DNA of 64,000 nucleotides from contig NC_043017.1 in assembly GCF_006345805.1 (NCBI RefSeq), forward strand, positions 3,782,001 through 3,846,000, read 5' to 3'. Made by a program: the position numbers and the translations under genes. Below, piece by piece: positions 58,730 to 64,000 of the stretch (position 1 is its first letter; each line of letters begins with the position of its first letter). The stretch is from Octopus sinensis. Taxonomy: Eukaryota. The notes under the pieces are model-generated. The model saw only the letters and a program-made list of their open reading frames with translations. It did not search any database and was not told the origin of the DNA.

Positions 58730-59830
58730 TTAATTCCTTAGAGTTTTACAGAATTTTCAGTCCTACTGATGGAATGGATCTGTAGTAGTCGAATTTTCTG
58801 GTTTTGAGAAGCCTAATTTCTCAAGATTGGTATGTAGGCAGGGTGCTGCGTATCCCAGGGCTCCAATAATTACCGGTATAAACCTGAATTTGTAATTTGG
58901 ATAGAATAACGACATTCAAAAGCATTTTGGATCGATCTTAAGCCTCTGCAACTATTTTCGTTTCGGGAAGAGGCAGTCTACGTCACTGTTTATGTGGAAA
59001 TTAAGTGTACTTGTTCGTATTTTCCGGGTATTCACATCAATTATTCGAATCTCAAGTGTCCAATCAAGCAGCCCAAATGTTGGTATGAGTACTGGCACCG
59101 CAAACACATTGTGAGCCACTGTTTTATTGAATGCAGCGAGTTTTGAGGTTCAAGTTTTCTTTATTTGTCTGTAATATTCTTTAGTCACACATGTTTTGTT
59201 ACAGGTGCCATTGTAAGATAGGTTTTCATCCAACCCTAGACACCTGTAACAGTTCTTTTCAGATATAAGGGAAACAGTAAGATCATTGATGGAGATGTTG
59301 CTAGTCCGGCTTACAGTTTTCCCTCCTTTCACAACCATTTAACAACATTTATCCTGACCAAACTCCAGCCCTACATCCTTTGAGAATGTTGTAACTTGAT
59401 CAAAGTTCTTTTTCAACTCGTGCATATTTTTTGCATTAACTTTCAAGTCATCCACAAAGAAAAAGTATGTAATTTTGGTATTCCTGTTTCCTTGTGAGCC
59501 AGAGAGATATCCTTCGTTCTACTTTAGCGTGAACGACGAGGGGTTTACAGAAAGTATAAACAACATCACGGAGAGGCTGTCCCCTTGAAATATGCTTTTG
59601 CGATACTGAATTCTATCGGTGATAATGCTGTCACACTTTGTAATTAATTTCAAGGTGGTGGGCCAGGATGAAGTCAAGTCAGTTATGTCTTTGACTCCAC
59701 TCACTGGAAATTTAGCAAGTTGAAGATCTTTTAGCACCCATGAGTGGGGAACAGAATCAAAAGCTCTCTTGTAGCCTAGTCACATTGAAACTAGATTCCT
59801 CCTATGCTCTCGCACCACGACCATCACAGC
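58730..59830 (-). mobile_element. R4/Dong-like LINE reverse transcriptase relic
   Basis: YKRAFDSVPHSW, IFQGDSLSVMLFILSVNP and FFVDDLK motifs with stops and frameshifts. Confidence 0.8.
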
Positions 59831-59839
59831 TTTGTTGAT

Positions 59840-60062
59840 TATGTATACATGTATGTGTGTATGTATGTATGTATGTGTGTGTGTATGCATGTATGTATGT
59901 ATGTATGTATGTATGTGTGTGTGTATGTGTGTGTGTATGCATACATGAATGTATGTATGTGTGTGTATGTATGTATGTATGTATGTGTGTGTGTATGTAT
60001 GTATGTGTGTGTGTATGCACGTATGTATGTATGTATGTGTGTGTGTATGCATGTATGTATAT
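59840..60062. repeat. Compound (TATG)n/(TG)n microsatellite
   Basis: Read directly from the sequence. Confidence 0.92.
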
Positions 60063-60403
60063 ATGGAGTAGAGTCTCGTAATATTCGTTTGGGCCCATTA
60101 TTGTAAATGTTTTAGACTATGGAGCATCAGAAAAGCTGGAATCCTTCAAGAACCGATTCACATAATCCAGATAATATCGTTCAGTGGCTTCGTAAATATA
60201 CCAGGGATTCTCCATTTGAGGGCCTCAGCTGAACACATTCTTGAAATTACATTTACTTGCAATTGCATTTATTCACAGTCTCACAGACAGCAAACAATTC
60301 ACGAAGCTATGTCGTCGGTGTCTTCAATTAAACTAAGCAGTTTTGCATTCTACGAAATTTTATCGGGCGTAACACTGAAATATGTTACAAAGGTATACTT
60401 ATA

Positions 60404-60800
60404 GGCGCAGGAGTGGCTGTGTGGTAAGTAGCTTGCTAACCAACCACATGGTTCCGGGTTCAGTCCCACTGCGTGGCATCTTGAGCAAGTGTCTTCTGCT
60501 ATAGCCCCGGGCCGACCAATGCCTTGTGAGTGGATTTGGTAGACGGAAACTGAAAGAAGCCTGTCGTATATATGTATATATATATATATGTGTGTGTGTT
60601 TGTGTGTCTGTGTTTGTCCCCCTAGCATTGCTTGACAACCGATGCTGGTGTGTTTACGTCCCCGTAGCATAGCGGTTCGGCAAAAGAGACCGATTGAATA
60701 AGTACTGGGCTTACAAAGAATAAGTCCCGGGATCGACTAAAGGCGGTGCTCCAGCATGGCCGCAGTCAAATGACTGAAACAAGTAAAAGAGTAAAAGAGT
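60404..60800 (+). mobile_element. SINE family 1, full length
   Basis: Matches the other family 1 copies. Confidence 0.9.
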
Positions 60801-61131
60801 TATGTATTTCAAACACAGTGTGAGTGCATGCGTGAGCGTTGATATATAAATCCCCACGTGGCGTCCTTTCCCATCAGTTGTTGACTAAACCCCCGTTAGT
60901 AAACTATACGTCAACACAAGAACAATTTAGAAGATAATTGTTCAAGTGGCTGTGAAATGGAATCGAAGCTCTCGACTGATTCTTTATTGTACTGACACGT
61001 GCAGGACGAAAGGGAACGCTCTCCTCGATACAATTTGAACAGTGACATAAAATGATGTGGAATAAATAGAACGAAACTCTAATCGATTCTATCGATTATG
61101 CTTCATATTGCCCTTAGAAAATAATTACAAT

Positions 61132-61349
61132 AAGGAGATTGCTTAAAGGTGATTAAAAAAGCATACAAAAATATATATATTAAAACTGTTTTATTGCTCT
61201 TTTTTCATACATTTTAACAAAAAGATCCTCGAAATTAAAAAAGGAGATTGCTTAAAGGTGATTAAAAAAGCATACAAAAACTATATATATTAAAAATATT
61301 TTATTGCCCTTTTTTCATACATTTTAACAAAAAGATCCTCGAAATTAAA
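61132..61349. repeat. 109-bp tandem duplication containing the putative polyA signal of gene D
   Basis: Units start at 61132 and 61241; each has a minus-strand AATAAA. Confidence 0.8.
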
Positions 61350-61867
61350 TTACGAAATACAAGATTGTAAATACAAAAACAAATACTGTTCACTATAATG
61401 GAAGAAAATTTTATCATATTTTCGTCAGATGTCGCTGCGTGTTTTTCTTGATAAATTTGCGCTTTTATAGTGAGAAGTATCATTAAGTATGAAGCATTTG
61501 GGAGCAAAACAGAAAGTATATTGTTTGTCATAGTAGCTAGGTAATAGGCTTTATTGAAATCATGATCACCAAAAGTATCAAGCTGAAGCGTTTGTTAATA
61601 TATGATAATTGTGCAGTCGTGTTGCAAAATATATTGTTTTAAGAACTGTATTTTTTTAATCATCGCAAATTCTAGATAATCATGTGAGCAATTTAAAACA
61701 GAAAATTTGAAGTGCTTAGAAGTTTACTTTAGAAGGATTATTTTATCGAAATCATTATTAAGATATGAAAAAAGGGACTTTATGAAACTTGGTGCTAACT
61801 TTAACAAAAACGGGGACTTTTCAGCTGAGACAAAATGCACACAAGTTCAGCAGGAGAACTACATCGT

Positions 61868-61903
61868 TCATGCGTTCGATTTGATCGTGAGGACAGCGCT
61901 TTC
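61868..61903 (-). CDS. IF gene D exon 11
   Basis: [11 protein letters not shown]. Confidence 0.85.
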   Translation of the reverse strand, partial: ESAVLTIKSNA

Positions 61904-63666
61904 CTGAAAAATGAAAAAAGATTGAATATAAAACAATGAATAGACAGAGACATTTTAGTCTGTGTATAACGAAACTATTCACAGGGGTTTTGTGGTCAGA
62001 ATATTTTCTCTCCTCCTTACATTAACAAGTTAAAATGAAACATTCCATTAGTTATTTTGACTACACTTCATTTCTCTCTGACACTGAGTGCTTCTAACCC
62101 TTTAAATATTAAGTGAATTTGACAACGAAATATTGAACTTATGACAGCATAACAGATTCTTTCACATTTTTCTTTCCGTAAATAAAATATGTTCGCGTTA
62201 TGTAGGATGGTATGTCAGAGATATTTGGCTACTATTGGTAGCAAACCAGGGTAAATAACAACGTTGATATTATCTCATTCACTAACGAAGTGCATGGAGT
62301 ACCCAAAAGATATAGTGGAGAGGAGTGGGAGAGAGAGTTAAAGCAATGAATTAGGGGATCTTACCTTGCCCTTGTCGTCTTTCAAAGTAATTACCGATGG
62401 CATTGTCATTTTAGACCATTCAGCGACTGATGATACAATGCCATCTTGACCAGAACCGTGTTTTGATCCCCAAACCTAAAGATGGATATAAAGGAATCGA
62501 TTATAATAACATTATCAACAATAATCAAAAATGTGAACACGAGGTTTAGTCGATTACATGGACTCCGGGTTTTCACTTGTACTTTATTTTATAAACTCGA
62601 AGTGGTGAACGGAAATGTTGAATACGGCAAGATTTGAAAATGCGAAAAAAAAGAGCCAAAAACAAATGCCAAAGGACATTTTTGGGACACCCTAACGATT
62701 CTGCCAAGGCAAAATGGATGAAACATTATTGAGAAGGTTGTCAGTTGATGTTATCATCGTCAGTACGTAAATAGTAATTTATGCAATTTATCAACCCGAG
62801 ATAAGGTAAGGTAAAATAGACATTAACGGGATTTGAACTAAGACTGTGAAAAAGTAGAACGAATATTACTTGGCAATGTGTCCACGGCTCTAACAATTTT
62901 GATTGAAGACAAGGATTAGCAACTGTTTTCTTGTCCGTCGTTTCTGCAGTCGACAAAGAAGTGGCATCCATTTCGAATTAACTGCTAATGGTTTTAAAGT
63001 AAGGGATATAGGCACAGCTTGGAAACATTCTTAGCAACACGGCTGCAATGTAACTGAATCAACATCACCACCCTCGTGATCATCATCATCATCAGCAGCA
63101 GCAGCAGCAGCAGTAGGAGCAGCAGTAGCATCATCACCCGCATCATCATTGTCATCGTCATCTTTACCATTTTCACGTCCACATTTGCATGCTCACATGG
63201 GTCAGATGTAATGGAAATAAATTAGCAGACATATCAGCAACCATATAACTAATATTGCTCTAGAGAGCCATGGGATGTGCTGAGTCCCATCAATGAGATT
63301 CCATTCTCTTCATTGCTCTGCCTCCACTTTTATCGATTTAAATTGGCGCTTATCATATCTAATATCTAGTTAACATGAGAATAATAATGTTATTAAAAAC
63401 AGCATAAACTTACTTTGACCATATTTTTACCAACAGAAAACACATCACCGTTGGTAAATGTATGGACGTTGGTCTTGCCATTTTCTAGCCTTTGGGTCAA
63501 TGTCCAGTTCTTTATGTTAGTTGGGCTCTGCAATTAGAAAGAGCAAACACATTATACATTGCAGAAGGAATAACGATGACTATAAATTACGTAGATAACG
63601 AATGCTATGAGACGTGACAGAGGTTAAATAGATTTCTATATCTGTGAACGTGTACGTGTGTGTGTG

Positions 63667-63725
<59 letters not shown>

Positions 63726-64000
63726 TGAAGATTAGTGCGTCTTCGATGAGGCATTTGGAGCAAGCAGTAGTGTGCTTCTCGTCATGCACACATTATGACC
63801 TTTTCAGCGTTGTAACGTATGTATTTGAACATGTTATGCGATGCGTTGCATTTGTCACGAAGCCTAATGTAACAACAGAAAGAAAGACACCAAGCTGGAC
63901 TTACCCTTGAGGACTTAGTAAGGTCCTGAATTTCAATGTATCTTCCATCGGATTCTAATTCCACGACGCCCACATTGCCGGTTGTAGAGCGACTCATAGT
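61868..64000 (-). CDS. Cytoplasmic intermediate filament protein gene D, exons 8-11 (5' part beyond the window)
   Basis: Exons 64000-63905 (partial), 63527-63414, 62475-62365, 61903-61868; open frame, GT-AG introns, homologous to gene C. Confidence 0.9.
62365..62475 (-). CDS. IF gene D exon 10
   Basis: [37 protein letters not shown]. Confidence 0.88.
63414..63527 (-). CDS. IF gene D exon 9
   Basis: [38 protein letters not shown]. Confidence 0.88.
63905..64000 (-). CDS. IF gene D exon 8 (truncated by the window edge)
   Basis: [32 protein letters not shown]|GTAAGT. Confidence 0.88.

Overview
Eukaryotic, AT-rich and microsatellite-rich DNA. The SINE and microsatellite content suggests a coleoid cephalopod (Octopus-like); this is inference. 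The window holds a minus-strand tandem array of four cytoplasmic intermediate-filament (IF) genes of the protostome type (long coil 1B, lamin-tail domain, no CaaX). Gene A shows exon 1 only (3910-4337). Genes B (11033-24988) and C (34204-52874) are complete, each with 11 exons and about 563 aa. Gene D shows exons 8-11 (61868-64000). Gene C is a mosaic: exons 1-7 are largely near-identical to B, while exons 8-11 and their introns are near-identical to D. All 13 codons that differ between C and D change the amino acid. Introns and spacers carry several tRNA-derived SINE families, LINE relics (R4/Dong-like, CR1, RTE), Tc1/mariner, Chapaev3 and Helitron relics, and many Penelope-derived short elements in (TA)n tracts. 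The most striking non-coding signal is in intron 7 of gene C: two intact type I hammerhead ribozymes in tandem, 535 nt apart, preceded by an inverted repeat. This is a retrozyme-like element predicted to release a 535-nt RNA. About ten further hammerhead-like motifs and several long hairpins are present. All alignments, folds and identity statements were made by eye.
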